Positions 8,251 through 17,756 of a stretch of DNA of 64,000 nucleotides are shown in pieces. Numbering within the stretch: the first letter of the stretch is position 1; each line of letters begins with the position of its first letter. Where the stretch lies: contig OZ243972.1 in NCBI GenBank assembly GCA_965214705.1, forward strand, positions 1,632,001-1,696,000. The letters run 5' to 3'. Under the pieces are notes generated by a model. That model saw only the letters and a program-made list of their open reading frames with translations. It was not told the DNA's origin and ran no database searches. Made by a program: the position numbers and the translations under genes. The DNA is from Alphaproteobacteria bacterium (GTDB taxonomy: Bacteria > Pseudomonadota > Alphaproteobacteria > UBA828).

Positions 8251-10346
8251 CCCATCTTTGCCACTTTTCGGTCCCGAAGGCCTGATTTTGGGTAGCCTTT
8301 GGGATCTAAGGCACTGATTTTGTTGGATTGTGTTTTGGGAAGTCCATTGTAGTGCCATAATCTTTGGTCTGTGGGCCGGCGCTCCTTGACAGTCCGCAAA
8401 CTGTCCGTGACCCTGCCGCCATGTTCATTCGCAAAACCCTCACCGGTCGCGGAGACGGTGGCGAGCGCTATGCCACCTACCGCCTCGTGCGCAGCGAACG
8501 CATCGGCGGAAGGGTGCGCCAGGTCACGCTCCTCAATCTCGGCGCCGACTTCGGTGTGCCCGAGGAGCAATGGCGCGAATTGGCGCTTCTGATCGAAACC
8601 CTTCTCGCCGGCAGCGAGCCGCTGCTGGAGCCGGATGCCGCCTTGCGCCCCGTCGCCGAGGACGTCGTACGGCGGCTTCACGCCCGCGATCTCGGCGCGT
8701 CGCGGCCCGGGGACGAGAGCGACCTGGCCACGGTCCGTCTCGATAGCCTCTCCCACGAACAGGTCCGCTCGGTGGGCTGCGAGCGCCTGGCTCTCGCCGC
8801 GCTTGACGACCTTCGCTTCATCGAGACGCTGGAGAGGCTGGGCGCAAGTGAGCGCGACGCACGCATCGCGGCGGCACTGGTGGTCGCGCGCATGATCCAT
8901 CCCTCCAGCGAGCGCGAGGCCTTCCGCTGGCTGAGCGCGAACAGCGCGACCCTGGAGTTGCTCGATGTCGACAGCGGCAAGTCGCTCACGCTCAGCAAGC
9001 TCTACCGCATCGGCGACCTCTTGTGGCGTCACCGCGCGGCGCTTGAAGAGGCGCTGTGCGCCCGGGAGCGCGATCTCTTCGGCATCCCCGACACCATCGT
9101 CTTCTTCGACCTGACCAACACCCATATGACCGGACGGCCCAGCTCCGCGCTGGCCCGCTTCGGGCGCTCGAAGCAGAGGCGTGACGATTGTCCGATCGTG
9201 ACCCTGGCCCTGTCGCTGAACCAGGCCGGCTTTCCGCAGCACAGCGAGATCCTGCCCGGCAACATCTCCGAGCCGGCCACTCTCGCCGACGCCATCGGGC
9301 GGCTGGAATGCCAAGCGCGCGGCAGCAACGCCCCCAGGCCCACGGTCATCATGGACGCCGGCATCTCCACCGAGGCCAACCTCGCCTGGCTGCGGGCGGG
9401 CGGCTATCACTGGATCACCGTTCGCCGCGGCGTCTCGGCGCCGCCCGGGCGCGAAGCCGATGCCGCCTTCGAAACCCGGGCCGGCCACGATGCCCGCGCC
9501 TGGCGTCTCGCGGCAGGGGACGACGAAGCGCACCTGTGCGTCTGGAGCCATGAGCGCCAGCAGAAGGACGAGGCCGTGCTCGCCCGTCAGCGTCACAACT
9601 TCGAGGACGCCCTGCGCGCCCTGCATGGCGGGCTGTCGAAGAAGAACCACATCAAGCAGTTCACCAAGGTGATGGAGAAGCTGGGCCGGCTGAAGGAAAG
9701 GTACAGGCGCGTCCACCGTCAGTACGACATCGAGGTCGAGCCCGGAGAGAAGGGGCGGGCCAGTGCGGTCCGCTGGAGGCGCAACGCTCTCCATGCCGAG
9801 CGCGACCGCCAAGCGGGCATCTATGTGCTGCGCACCAGCCACGTCGAGTGGGATCTTGAAACCGTGGTCCGAACCTACTGGAAGCTCACAGAGCTCGAGG
9901 CCACCTTCCGCAGCCTGAAATCCGAAATCGGCCTGCGCCCGGTCTGGCACTCCAAGACCTCGCGCATCGCCGCCCACCTGTTCATCGCCGTCCTCGCCTA
10001 CCACGCGGTTCATCTGCTGCGAACCCGTCTGGCGGCGCACGGCTTGCATGACCGCTGGAGTACGATCCGCGACAAGCTCGCGGGCTGGGTGCGTCTCACC
10101 TCCACCATCCGGGAGGTGGACGGAAACCGCATCGTCATCCGCCAGGATGCTCAACCCGACGCCGAGGCGCGCGTCATCGCGCAGGCGGCGGGCCTCACGG
10201 TGGATCCCCACAGGCGCCGGGCGGTGCTCCCGGGAGTGTCGCGATGAGCGCACAAACGTAGTGCCATAATCCCAGATGGGCCAGAAAATCAGCCCATCAT
10301 CGCAACTACTTAGGTCGCAGGCGCGCGCCAAAATGGCAAAGATGGG
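8251..10346 (+). mobile_element. Complete IS1634-family element inserted in pilR
   Basis: IRs CCCATCTTTGCCA / TGGCAAAGATGGG; CGAA duplicated at 8247-8250 and 10347-10350. Confidence 0.92.
8421..10247 (+). CDS. IS1634-family DDE transposase
   Basis: YRLVRSER N-terminus, FFDLTN, FGRSK, VIMDAG, LEATFRSLK. Confidence 0.93.
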   Translation: MFIRKTLTGRGDGGERYATYRLVRSERIGGRVRQVTLLNLGADFGVPEEQWRELALLIETLLAGSEPLLEPDAALRPVAEDVVRRLHARDLGASRPGDESDLATVRLDSLSHEQVRSVGCERLALAALDDLRFIETLERLGASERDARIAAALVVARMIHPSSEREAFRWLSANSATLELLDVDSGKSLTLSKLYRIGDLLWRHRAALEEALCARERDLFGIPDTIVFFDLTNTHMTGRPSSALARFGRSKQRRDDCPIVTLALSLNQAGFPQHSEILPGNISEPATLADAIGRLECQARGSNAPRPTVIMDAGISTEANLAWLRAGGYHWITVRRGVSAPPGREADAAFETRAGHDARAWRLAAGDDEAHLCVWSHERQQKDEAVLARQRHNFEDALRALHGGLSKKNHIKQFTKVMEKLGRLKERYRRVHRQYDIEVEPGEKGRASAVRWRRNALHAERDRQAGIYVLRTSHVEWDLETVVRTYWKLTELEATFRSLKSEIGLRPVWHSKTSRIAAHLFIAVLAYHAVHLLRTRLAAHGLHDRWSTIRDKLAGWVRLTSTIREVDGNRIVIRQDAQPDAEARVIAQAAGLTVDPHRRRAVLPGVSR

Positions 10347-10872
10347 CGAACAGAATGCTGTTGCCGTAGAGCCAGAGGCAGACGCTGCGGAACACCTGTG
10401 CGCCCATGCTCCACTGCTCGGGCGGACTCACGGTCTCGATCACGGGAATGAAGTGGCCGCCCGCAGCCCAGAGCATCAGCACCAGACCCGCCGCCAGCAC
10501 CAGCGGCACGGCCAGCGCCTTCCACACCGCATTCAGCTGCCGCTCGCGCATCTCGGCCACCCGCGCGGCCGCGGCGAACAGCACACCGGCGTCAACCTTC
10601 CCGTAGGCGTGGAAGATCATCGCCTCGGAGGCCGGCAGCGCGTCAGCCGCGGTCTCGGCGAAGCGGTCCTCCAGCAGCGCCCGCCGCCACGAGCGGATCA
10701 CGCCTGCCCGCATGCTCTGGCCCTGCTCCTTCGCCGCCTGGGCCGCGACGCTCAGCGCGCGTTCCAGCGAGAACCCCGCTTCGAGCAGATCGGCGATCAT
10801 GCGAAAGACGTCCACCCGTGCCTTGCGCCCAAGCACCAGCCCCGCCGCCAGCCGTTGCACGAGCCCGGTCAT
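10347..10872 (-). pseudogene. pilR: PilR/GspF platform protein, 5' part
   Basis: ADLLEAGFSLERAL GspF-type motif; coupled to the pilQ stop. Confidence 0.85.
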
Positions 10873-12575
10873 GCCAAAGCCTCGCGGTCGTCCCGGATCG
10901 TTGCCGGATCGATCGAAGACGCCTGGTCGACCCGTGCCCCCTTGCGCAGCGCATCGAAAGGGTCGGCCTTGCCCGCCGCCACCAGCGCCCAGATGCGCTC
11001 GCCGATGGGCCTGCCGCCCATGTTGTCGAGCCAATGCTCCCAGGCCCCTGCCGGGTCGCGCTGGCGCACGAACGAGAGATACGCTGCGTCCGGGCGGATG
11101 GCCTCGGCGATCGCCGTCTGGCGCGCATAGCCGTTCCAGGCCTTGCCTGCGACGGCGGAACGCGGGAATCCCCCGGCCCGCCCCGGCACCGCGCTCGGCT
11201 CATCGCGCTTGCAGGCCTCGCAACCCTCCGGGTTGCGAAAGCGCACCAGGGGCCAGTCGCCGAGATGCCGCGCCAGCCACGCCGGCACAGGGGAACGCCC
11301 TGACACAGGCGAATCACCTGCTGCCGTGCCTCCGCCCGCCGGCCTTTCGAGCGCGCATGCCTCGCACAGCCTGGACAGCAGGGTCTGCTTCATCAGCAGC
11401 TCGATGTTGCCGGGCTTGCACACCTCGGCCGTGCCCACCCCCATGTCTAACAACCGAAAGAGGATGGCGTTGGCGGAGTGGACGTGGATCGTGGTCCACA
11501 CCTGGTGGCCGGTGTCGATGAACTGCAGCACCTGGCGGGCCGCATCGGCGTCCCTGATCTCCGAGACCATGCCCGAGGCGGGATGCACCCGGCAGAAGTG
11601 CATCAGCGCGTCCCTGAAGTGTTTGCCGCGCTCCTCGCCGGAGCCCGTGGTCGGCACTGCGATCTGCACCGCGCCAGGAATGGGGTACTCCACCGGATCC
11701 TCGATGGTGACCACGTTGAGCTGGCCTTGCGCTTCCTCCATCTGCAGCGCGAGGTTGGTGGCCAGCGTGGTGGACTTGCCGTCCCCCGCCGTGCCGCCCA
11801 GGAAGATGCCGCCTCTCAGCGACATGCGGATCTCGGAGAAGACCGCCGCCTCCTCCGCAGAGAATCCGAGGCTCTCCAGGGTCGTGCCTTTCTCAATGCG
11901 GTCGCGGTAGAAGAGGCGGGCGAAGAGGTGGTCCCCGTCGGGCTCGTGCGGGCCGCGCTGGCAGCGCAGCGCCGAGACCGTTGCGGGCAGCGGCACCTGG
12001 CCGCCGGCACGGACGGAGAACCCCTGGAAGGCGCTTCGCTGGTACGAGGTCTGGGCCGATCCCTCGTCCTTGCAGTGGAACAGGAACCCCATGGCCTCGC
12101 GGCCCTCGTCGGCCGGCAGGGGATCCGCCAGCTGGAGCTTTCGGTCGTTGACGATGGCGTGGACCCGGCAGAAGCCGCCATCGTTCTCGAACACGACGTC
12201 GCTGGCCCTGGCCGCCGCCGCCTCCTCGAACAGCATGCGCACCTTGCGCGCCGCCGGCGCCTCGCCGCTTTCCTCGAGATCGGCTGTCCGCCAGCATTCC
12301 GCGATCTCCTCGAGGCTGGCCGTCCGTTCGATCAGCCGCCCCGGCGCGCTACCGTGCCAGGAAGTTCCCTTGTCGCGGCGCAGCGCCAGAAGGGCCGCCC
12401 GCAATCGGCGATCGCTCTCGTAGCCTTCCGCGATCAGGCAGCGCCCGTCGGCATGGACCGCGCAGACGCGGCGCACCCACTCGTCCATGGCCGGATGGCG
12501 GATCAGAGCGCCGCTCCCCTCCGCGAGTGGAGGGCGGGAGCCCAGCTTCAGCCACGATGCCGCGGAACGATTCAC
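10869..12575 (-). CDS. pilQ: PilQ/GspE-type pilus assembly ATPase
   Basis: GTAGDGKST, TIEDPVEY, SEIRD, TGHQVWTTIH, two CxxC. Confidence 0.9.
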   Translation of the reverse strand: MNRSAASWLKLGSRPPLAEGSGALIRHPAMDEWVRRVCAVHADGRCLIAEGYESDRRLRAALLALRRDKGTSWHGSAPGRLIERTASLEEIAECWRTADLEESGEAPAARKVRMLFEEAAAARASDVVFENDGGFCRVHAIVNDRKLQLADPLPADEGREAMGFLFHCKDEGSAQTSYQRSAFQGFSVRAGGQVPLPATVSALRCQRGPHEPDGDHLFARLFYRDRIEKGTTLESLGFSAEEAAVFSEIRMSLRGGIFLGGTAGDGKSTTLATNLALQMEEAQGQLNVVTIEDPVEYPIPGAVQIAVPTTGSGEERGKHFRDALMHFCRVHPASGMVSEIRDADAARQVLQFIDTGHQVWTTIHVHSANAILFRLLDMGVGTAEVCKPGNIELLMKQTLLSRLCEACALERPAGGGTAAGDSPVSGRSPVPAWLARHLGDWPLVRFRNPEGCEACKRDEPSAVPGRAGGFPRSAVAGKAWNGYARQTAIAEAIRPDAAYLSFVRQRDPAGAWEHWLDNMGGRPIGERIWALVAAGKADPFDALRKGARVDQASSIDPATIRDDREALA

Positions 12576-13609
12576 CGTTCCTCTCCCGCACGGATTGCGT
12601 CGGCAGGCCGCACGCGGTACGGCAGCGACGCTTCCCCGGCGCCTCCAGCCAGCACGTCCCTTTGGGCGGCGACACCCCCTTGGGTGGTCACACCCCTTCG
12701 GGTGGTTACACCCCTTCGGGTGGTTACACCGGGGGGTCTCGCCGTGATCTCCTCGATGAGCACCGCGCCGGGGAGGCGGTCTCCCTCCCGCACGAACCAG
12801 ATGAGCTCACCGTCGCTGACGCCGGCCTGCAGCGCGCCTGCCATGCCGATGATCGAGAACCACGAATAGTCCGGAGGCGTCGCCGCGGGCGCCGGCTCGT
12901 GCTTCGGCGACGCCGCCTGCGATGAAGCACCGCTACCCTCTTCGGGCATAGGCATCCGCCTGACCACGCGGACGGGCGCGGACTCCTTAACTATAGGGAG
13001 ACTGGCGACGCCTGCCGCCGCGCCCCGGATCCCGGCAGCGTCGCCGCGCCATTCGCCGAGCAGCGCCCTGAGCTCGCCCTCCAGCGTCACGATGCCGGTG
13101 ACGATTTCCTGGCGCTCGCGGCAGAGCGCCAGAGTCTCGCGCTCGATCGCCAGCGCCGAGACGGCGTCGTCGGTCTCCACCGCGCCCGTGAGCAGCTTAT
13201 TCAGCAACTCTCGGGGGCAGCCATGCAAGACAGGGGAACGCCCTGCTGCAGGGGAATGCTCAGGAACGCCGCTAACCGCTCCACCGGCCGCGCCCGCACT
13301 GCGTTCCGAAGACCGGGCCACCGTCGTCGACGGCCGGACCGAAGCCGGCTGACCGCCACGCCCACTCAGGCTCCGTAGCAGGCGGCTGAGCGGCCGTGCT
13401 TCCGCTCCTGCATTCATCCCGACACCCGAACGCACCTCTGCCGGACCTTCCTCCCCGCCGGCGCCCTCGGGCACCCCCGCAACCGTGTCGGCGATCTCCA
13501 TCACCGCATCGGGCAGGGGAGCAGGTTCGCCGGCAGCGGGGGAATCGCCCGCCAGCGCCGCGACCAGAATGACCGCGAGGGAAGCCGGACTGCGAACCGG
13601 GGTCTTCAT
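12572..13609 (-). CDS. PilP-like pilus biogenesis protein
   Basis: Signal peptide, coiled coil, C-terminal VREGDRLPG..IEEI motif; sits before pilQ. Confidence 0.6.
   Translation of the reverse strand: MKTPVRSPASLAVILVAALAGDSPAAGEPAPLPDAVMEIADTVAGVPEGAGGEEGPAEVRSGVGMNAGAEARPLSRLLRSLSGRGGQPASVRPSTTVARSSERSAGAAGGAVSGVPEHSPAAGRSPVLHGCPRELLNKLLTGAVETDDAVSALAIERETLALCRERQEIVTGIVTLEGELRALLGEWRGDAAGIRGAAAGVASLPIVKESAPVRVVRRMPMPEEGSGASSQAASPKHEPAPAATPPDYSWFSIIGMAGALQAGVSDGELIWFVREGDRLPGAVLIEEITARPPGVTTRRGVTTRRGVTTQGGVAAQRDVLAGGAGEASLPYRVRPADAIRAGEER
12672..12730. repeat. 18-bp tandem repeat ACACCCCTTCGGGTGGTT x3.3 (encodes GVTTRR)
   Basis: Read directly; each unit contains the inverted repeat CACCC-N4-GGGTG. 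Confidence 0.9.
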
Positions 13610-13616
13610 TGCCCGC

Positions 13617-14858
13617 TCACTCCGCCTCCCTCCCGGTGCCGGGAACGTCAGCATTCATGCCGACGAACCCGGCCAGGGCCCGCCAGGGATACGCGCTGGT
13701 CTCGGGGATGCCGTCGAGTGCAACGTGAAGGTGGCCGCGCGACCACCACCAGCGGCCGCCCACGTCTCCGTCCACGGCGGCCGCCGACAGCGCGCCGCCT
13801 CCGCGGAAACGCACCGCGAACTCGCCGTGCCCGCCGAAGGGAAGAAGAACCGTGTCCTGCGCAGCGACGAGCCGGTCCGTCAGCAGAAAAGCCGCATGCC
13901 GCTCGCCCGTCGGGCGCAGCGGGAAGGGATCGCCTACCCGGTAGTCCTGCCGGCGCGGCAGACGCTCCCACTGCACGGAGATGCCGGCTCCGTCCGCCGC
14001 GGGCATCAGCGCCGCGGTGTCCGCCACCGCGCCGTCCGCATCCAACCGCCAGAGCTCGTCCCGCTCTGGCCCGAGCGCCAGCACCAGGCGCACCCCCGCC
14101 GGACTCTCAAGCACGAATCCGTCGTTGGCCATGAGGAAATGCGCGAGCTCGTCCCCCGTCACTGTCGGCGCGCCCGCCGCCAGCGCCAGTCCCGTGGAGC
14201 CCGGCGCCCGTAGCTCGGGACCCTGGACAGGAAAACTCCCTTGTCCAGGGGAAGGACGCGGCGCGGCGCGGAGCGCCGCCTCCGGGTCCTGCGCGACGGC
14301 CTCCTCCATGACCGTCGCGGTTTGCTTCTCGTTGACCGCAAGCCCCGCCGGAAGCTCGAGATCCGGACAAGCCTCCTTCAGCGCGCGCGGCCAGCTCTCC
14401 TGTACCCAGCCGAGCGAAAGAACGACCCAGTTACCCGCTGCGACACTTTCGCTGTGCAGCCGCCCGGTGCCGGGGTCGTAGAAGATGGGCACATGGCCCT
14501 TCTCGTTGCCCGGATCGGGCTCGCTGCCGGCCTTCTGGTAGTTGTAGAGGGCCCGGAAGCGGGGAGAGGGGACCACCCTCCAGCGACCCTCTCCGGTCTG
14601 CCAGGTATCGTCGAAATGAAAGCACGCGCGCGCGCTTCCGTCCGCCGCGTGATGAACGCCCCAGACCAAGCCCCGGTCCCCGGCCCGCGACGAGTTCGGT
14701 CGCTCGTAGAGCCAGACCCGGTCCGACAGCAGCCCGGCGAAGAACGTTGCGTCGTGGGAGCTGTAGTTGGCGGGCCCGGCCACAGTCGTGCCGCCGCCTG
14801 CGGCGGCCGCCACTACGATTGCGGCGAGGGCGCCCTCGATGATCCTTCGGATCCTCAT
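13617..14858 (-). CDS. Exported hypothetical protein of the pil operon
   Basis: Signal-like N-terminus, ATGA overlap with upstream gene, Trp-rich globular composition. Confidence 0.65.
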   Translation of the reverse strand: MRIRRIIEGALAAIVVAAAAGGGTTVAGPANYSSHDATFFAGLLSDRVWLYERPNSSRAGDRGLVWGVHHAADGSARACFHFDDTWQTGEGRWRVVPSPRFRALYNYQKAGSEPDPGNEKGHVPIFYDPGTGRLHSESVAAGNWVVLSLGWVQESWPRALKEACPDLELPAGLAVNEKQTATVMEEAVAQDPEAALRAAPRPSPGQGSFPVQGPELRAPGSTGLALAAGAPTVTGDELAHFLMANDGFVLESPAGVRLVLALGPERDELWRLDADGAVADTAALMPAADGAGISVQWERLPRRQDYRVGDPFPLRPTGERHAAFLLTDRLVAAQDTVLLPFGGHGEFAVRFRGGGALSAAAVDGDVGGRWWWSRGHLHVALDGIPETSAYPWRALAGFVGMNADVPGTGREAE

Positions 14859-16486
14859 GAGGCGGCTGCCGACGCAGCTGCGAGCCAGCGCCCCTCGAGC
14901 CGCCGCACCATATCCACGTAGATGTCGAAAGCCCGGTCGTTCTCGCCCACGCCGATCGAAGCGACCGCAGCTTCCACCCGCGCGCGGATCCACGCCCACT
15001 CGGCGTGGTCGCGGGGAATCGCGGCCACGATCCGGGGTGCGATCTCGTAGTAGCGCTCGACCAGCGCACGCCTCTCCGGGGTCTTCTGCATGTAGCCGTC
15101 CCGGAACGTGCGGAGCGCCGTCAGCGTCGGGCCGTCGTCGGCCTCGATGCCGCGATGGCCCACCACCGCCTCGGTGAGGAAGCAGCCGCCACCGTCTCCG
15201 CCGCCTGCGCCGGGACCGACCCCCGGTCCCGAGCAGGTGCCCTCGCCCGGACCATCGCCGCCGCCGTCTGAGCCATCGCCGGGCGTACCGCACGCCCCGT
15301 CGCCCGGGCCGGTCCCGATGCCGGTCGGGCCGCCCGGTGTGAACTTGTCGATGTGGATGATGGGGCGCACCACCCGCTGGCACCCGCCCTCATCGGCGAT
15401 CCAGCTGCCGGGGATGTCCTGTACGGTCGGCTGCGCATCCCAGGGCCAGAGCGTGGAGCGCTCCGTCACCGTCCGCGTCAGCACCGCCGTGCCGCTGTGC
15501 CCCGGCGGACAGGCGCCCGTCGTGGACTCCGTCCGCACTGTCTCCGATATCTCGGCCTCGGGCAGCGCCGGCGTCCGACCTTCCCAGCAGCTCGTCGAGA
15601 CAAACTCGGGCGTCCCCCACTCGGTGCCGTCTGCCGTTACCGTCTTCTCGCGCCGCCAGATCTCCTGCCCGGTCATCTCCCGGTCATGAGGCGGGCCCGC
15701 GAACCAGCTGCACTCCAGCGTGTAGTGCTCCCACTCCGTGTAATCGTCGCGACAGTCGTCGATCAGCACCTGCCAGGGGCCCTCGACGGGATTGCCAACC
15801 GGATCGCCGCGCCCGTCGTGCTCCTGGCGCACCTCGCGCGTCATGGTGCGTCCGTCGCCATGGGTTCCGGTCGGACAAGTCTCCACCGTGCGCTCGTGGG
15901 AGACTCGCTCGCTGAGCCGGAGGTGCGGGTCCCGCACCGTGCCCGCGAGCGCCACCCGCCCGGAGAGAAGGGGGCCGCCGAAAGAGGCATCCGACAAACA
16001 GGCGGGCAGGCTGACTGAGGCCCGCCCCGCCGTGCCCGTGGCCGAGTCTCCTTCCAGCCAGTGGAGCGCCGCGAGCTCCCCCGGCGCGTAGAGGTGCGGC
16101 GCCACCTGCACCGAACGCTGGTCGCGCCCCACCCCCTTGAGCTCCGCAGGCTCCATGTAGACCAGAAGCGTGTCGTCGCAGTAGCGCGCCCGCACGCCCC
16201 GCCCCGTCCAGGCAGCCAGCCAGCCCGTCGCCGCCGGCGGGATCGAGCCCGTCCAGACCGTCGCCGCGGCAGAGCGGCGCAGAATATGGCCTTCCAGCCG
16301 CCGCCAGGCTTCGGAGATGGCCCTCGCATGGGCCAGCGCCTCCTGGCGATAGACCCGCTCGGCCTCCAATTCCTGCGCTGCCACAGGCGATGCCGCCGGA
16401 ATACCGGCAGGCACGACCGCGGCGGCCATGGCCAGCGCGCTCGCACCGGCCATGATGCGGGCGCGCAAACGTTGTCCTCTACCCAT
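14855..16486 (-). CDS. Secreted Cys-rich protein with C-terminal CFI-box-CTERM-like domain
   Basis: Signal peptide, CP.G repeats, Gly-rich linker, GGCFLTEAV...LRTFRD..M......LVERYY..AP. Confidence 0.7.
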   Translation of the reverse strand: MGRGQRLRARIMAGASALAMAAAVVPAGIPAASPVAAQELEAERVYRQEALAHARAISEAWRRLEGHILRRSAAATVWTGSIPPAATGWLAAWTGRGVRARYCDDTLLVYMEPAELKGVGRDQRSVQVAPHLYAPGELAALHWLEGDSATGTAGRASVSLPACLSDASFGGPLLSGRVALAGTVRDPHLRLSERVSHERTVETCPTGTHGDGRTMTREVRQEHDGRGDPVGNPVEGPWQVLIDDCRDDYTEWEHYTLECSWFAGPPHDREMTGQEIWRREKTVTADGTEWGTPEFVSTSCWEGRTPALPEAEISETVRTESTTGACPPGHSGTAVLTRTVTERSTLWPWDAQPTVQDIPGSWIADEGGCQRVVRPIIHIDKFTPGGPTGIGTGPGDGACGTPGDGSDGGGDGPGEGTCSGPGVGPGAGGGDGGGCFLTEAVVGHRGIEADDGPTLTALRTFRDGYMQKTPERRALVERYYEIAPRIVAAIPRDHAEWAWIRARVEAAVASIGVGENDRAFDIYVDMVRRLEGRWLAAASAAAS

Positions 16487-17756
16487 GATCCGAACTCCCT
16501 GTCTCCGAATGTGTGGCTGGCTGCGCCGCTGACGTAGTCGCTGGCCCTGCCAGTTCCTCGAAGCGCTCGCGCGGCATCGCCACCGGCGACACCCGGCGCC
16601 CTTCCAGCCGCCACTCGCCGGCGGCGCCCTGCCAAAGCCGCACCAGCTCCAGCCCCGGCACGGCGGCCACGGCGTCGGCAAGCCACGCCGGCGGGCGCAG
16701 CGTCGCGATGATCACCTCGATCCCGTCCGCACTCTGCGACGGGTATTCCAGGCGGCCGCCGTGCGTCCCGAAGTTGCGGTCCACCGCCTCGCGGAACTCC
16801 AGCAACGATGGAGGGGCGGCGTCGGAAAGCCACAGCACGGGCTCGAGCGGCGCCACCGCCCAGGCCCGCGTCCCGGTGACCGAGGCCGCGTACCATGCCG
16901 ACAGATGCGCCTCGGCGATGCGCCGGTGCGGCGGCGCCAGGCGTCCCGTCTCGAGCCGCCAGCGCACCACCAGCACGGCGCGGCCCTCCAATTCCGGGCG
17001 GGCAGCGGCAAGCGCAGGGTCGTCGAAGCGCCCCTCGCAGGAGACCCGCTCCGTGCGCCATGCCGGCAGGTACGGCGGACGGTCTTCCAGCGCCCGCCGG
17101 CAGCCCGCGATCAGTGCGCCCGGGTCCAGCGCCGCCGACACCGGCGGCTCCACCGGAACTTCGGTCTCCGCCACAGGCTCGGGGCCCGTGACCAGACGCC
17201 ACAGGCTCTCGCGGTACGACCACACAAGGGCCACGACCGCGACGCCCCCAGCCACGGCAAGCACCCGCGCGACGTTGGGCAGCTTCAGCCCGGCCAGAGG
17301 CGCGGCCACAAGCCGCATCGCGGGGTCGTCGGCGAGGGCCAACGGATCGATCTCGGAGACCCCTCCTTCGATCAGGCCCGGCGTCGCGTACAGCTCCCAG
17401 CCCACGTCACGGGACCGTTCGAACGCTTCCAGCGCCGAGGCCCGGTCGGGGAACACCTCGTCGCCGTCCGCCAGGAAGGCGCCGTCGCGCGCCTTCACCA
17501 GGGCCAGGCGCCCGTCGTCCGCCTCGACCAGCGCCATCCAGAACGGCGCGCCGATATGCACCTGCAACGACGCCGCGAGGCTCGGGCAGCCTTGCGGGTC
17601 CTCTTCGTCCGCCGCGTAGCCGGTCTGCTCGCCCCGGTGCACGTGCCACGGCCGGCCGAAGGATCGCGCGTTCCGCGCCACCGTGGCCGCGCCGCCCCGC
17701 TCCAGCCAGTAGAGCCCGGCCGCGAAGCGCCGCCCGCTCACGGTCACCACGCTCAC
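16479..17756 (-). CDS. pilO: PilO-like (PAP_PilO) pilus accessory protein
   Basis: RFAAGLYW N-terminus, central TM helix, GTGA overlap with pilN. Confidence 0.75.
   Translation of the reverse strand: MSVVTVSGRRFAAGLYWLERGGAATVARNARSFGRPWHVHRGEQTGYAADEEDPQGCPSLAASLQVHIGAPFWMALVEADDGRLALVKARDGAFLADGDEVFPDRASALEAFERSRDVGWELYATPGLIEGGVSEIDPLALADDPAMRLVAAPLAGLKLPNVARVLAVAGGVAVVALVWSYRESLWRLVTGPEPVAETEVPVEPPVSAALDPGALIAGCRRALEDRPPYLPAWRTERVSCEGRFDDPALAAARPELEGRAVLVVRWRLETGRLAPPHRRIAEAHLSAWYAASVTGTRAWAVAPLEPVLWLSDAAPPSLLEFREAVDRNFGTHGGRLEYPSQSADGIEVIIATLRPPAWLADAVAAVPGLELVRLWQGAAGEWRLEGRRVSPVAMPRERFEELAGPATTSAAQPATHSETGSSDHG

Noticed and set aside
11161-11175. Extra copies of the 15-bp palindrome here and near 21125
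   Set aside because: Too degenerate to separate from chance in GC-rich sequence.
12672-12730. CRISPR-like array
   Set aside because: Units are contiguous with no spacers, lie inside a CDS, and no cas genes are visible.
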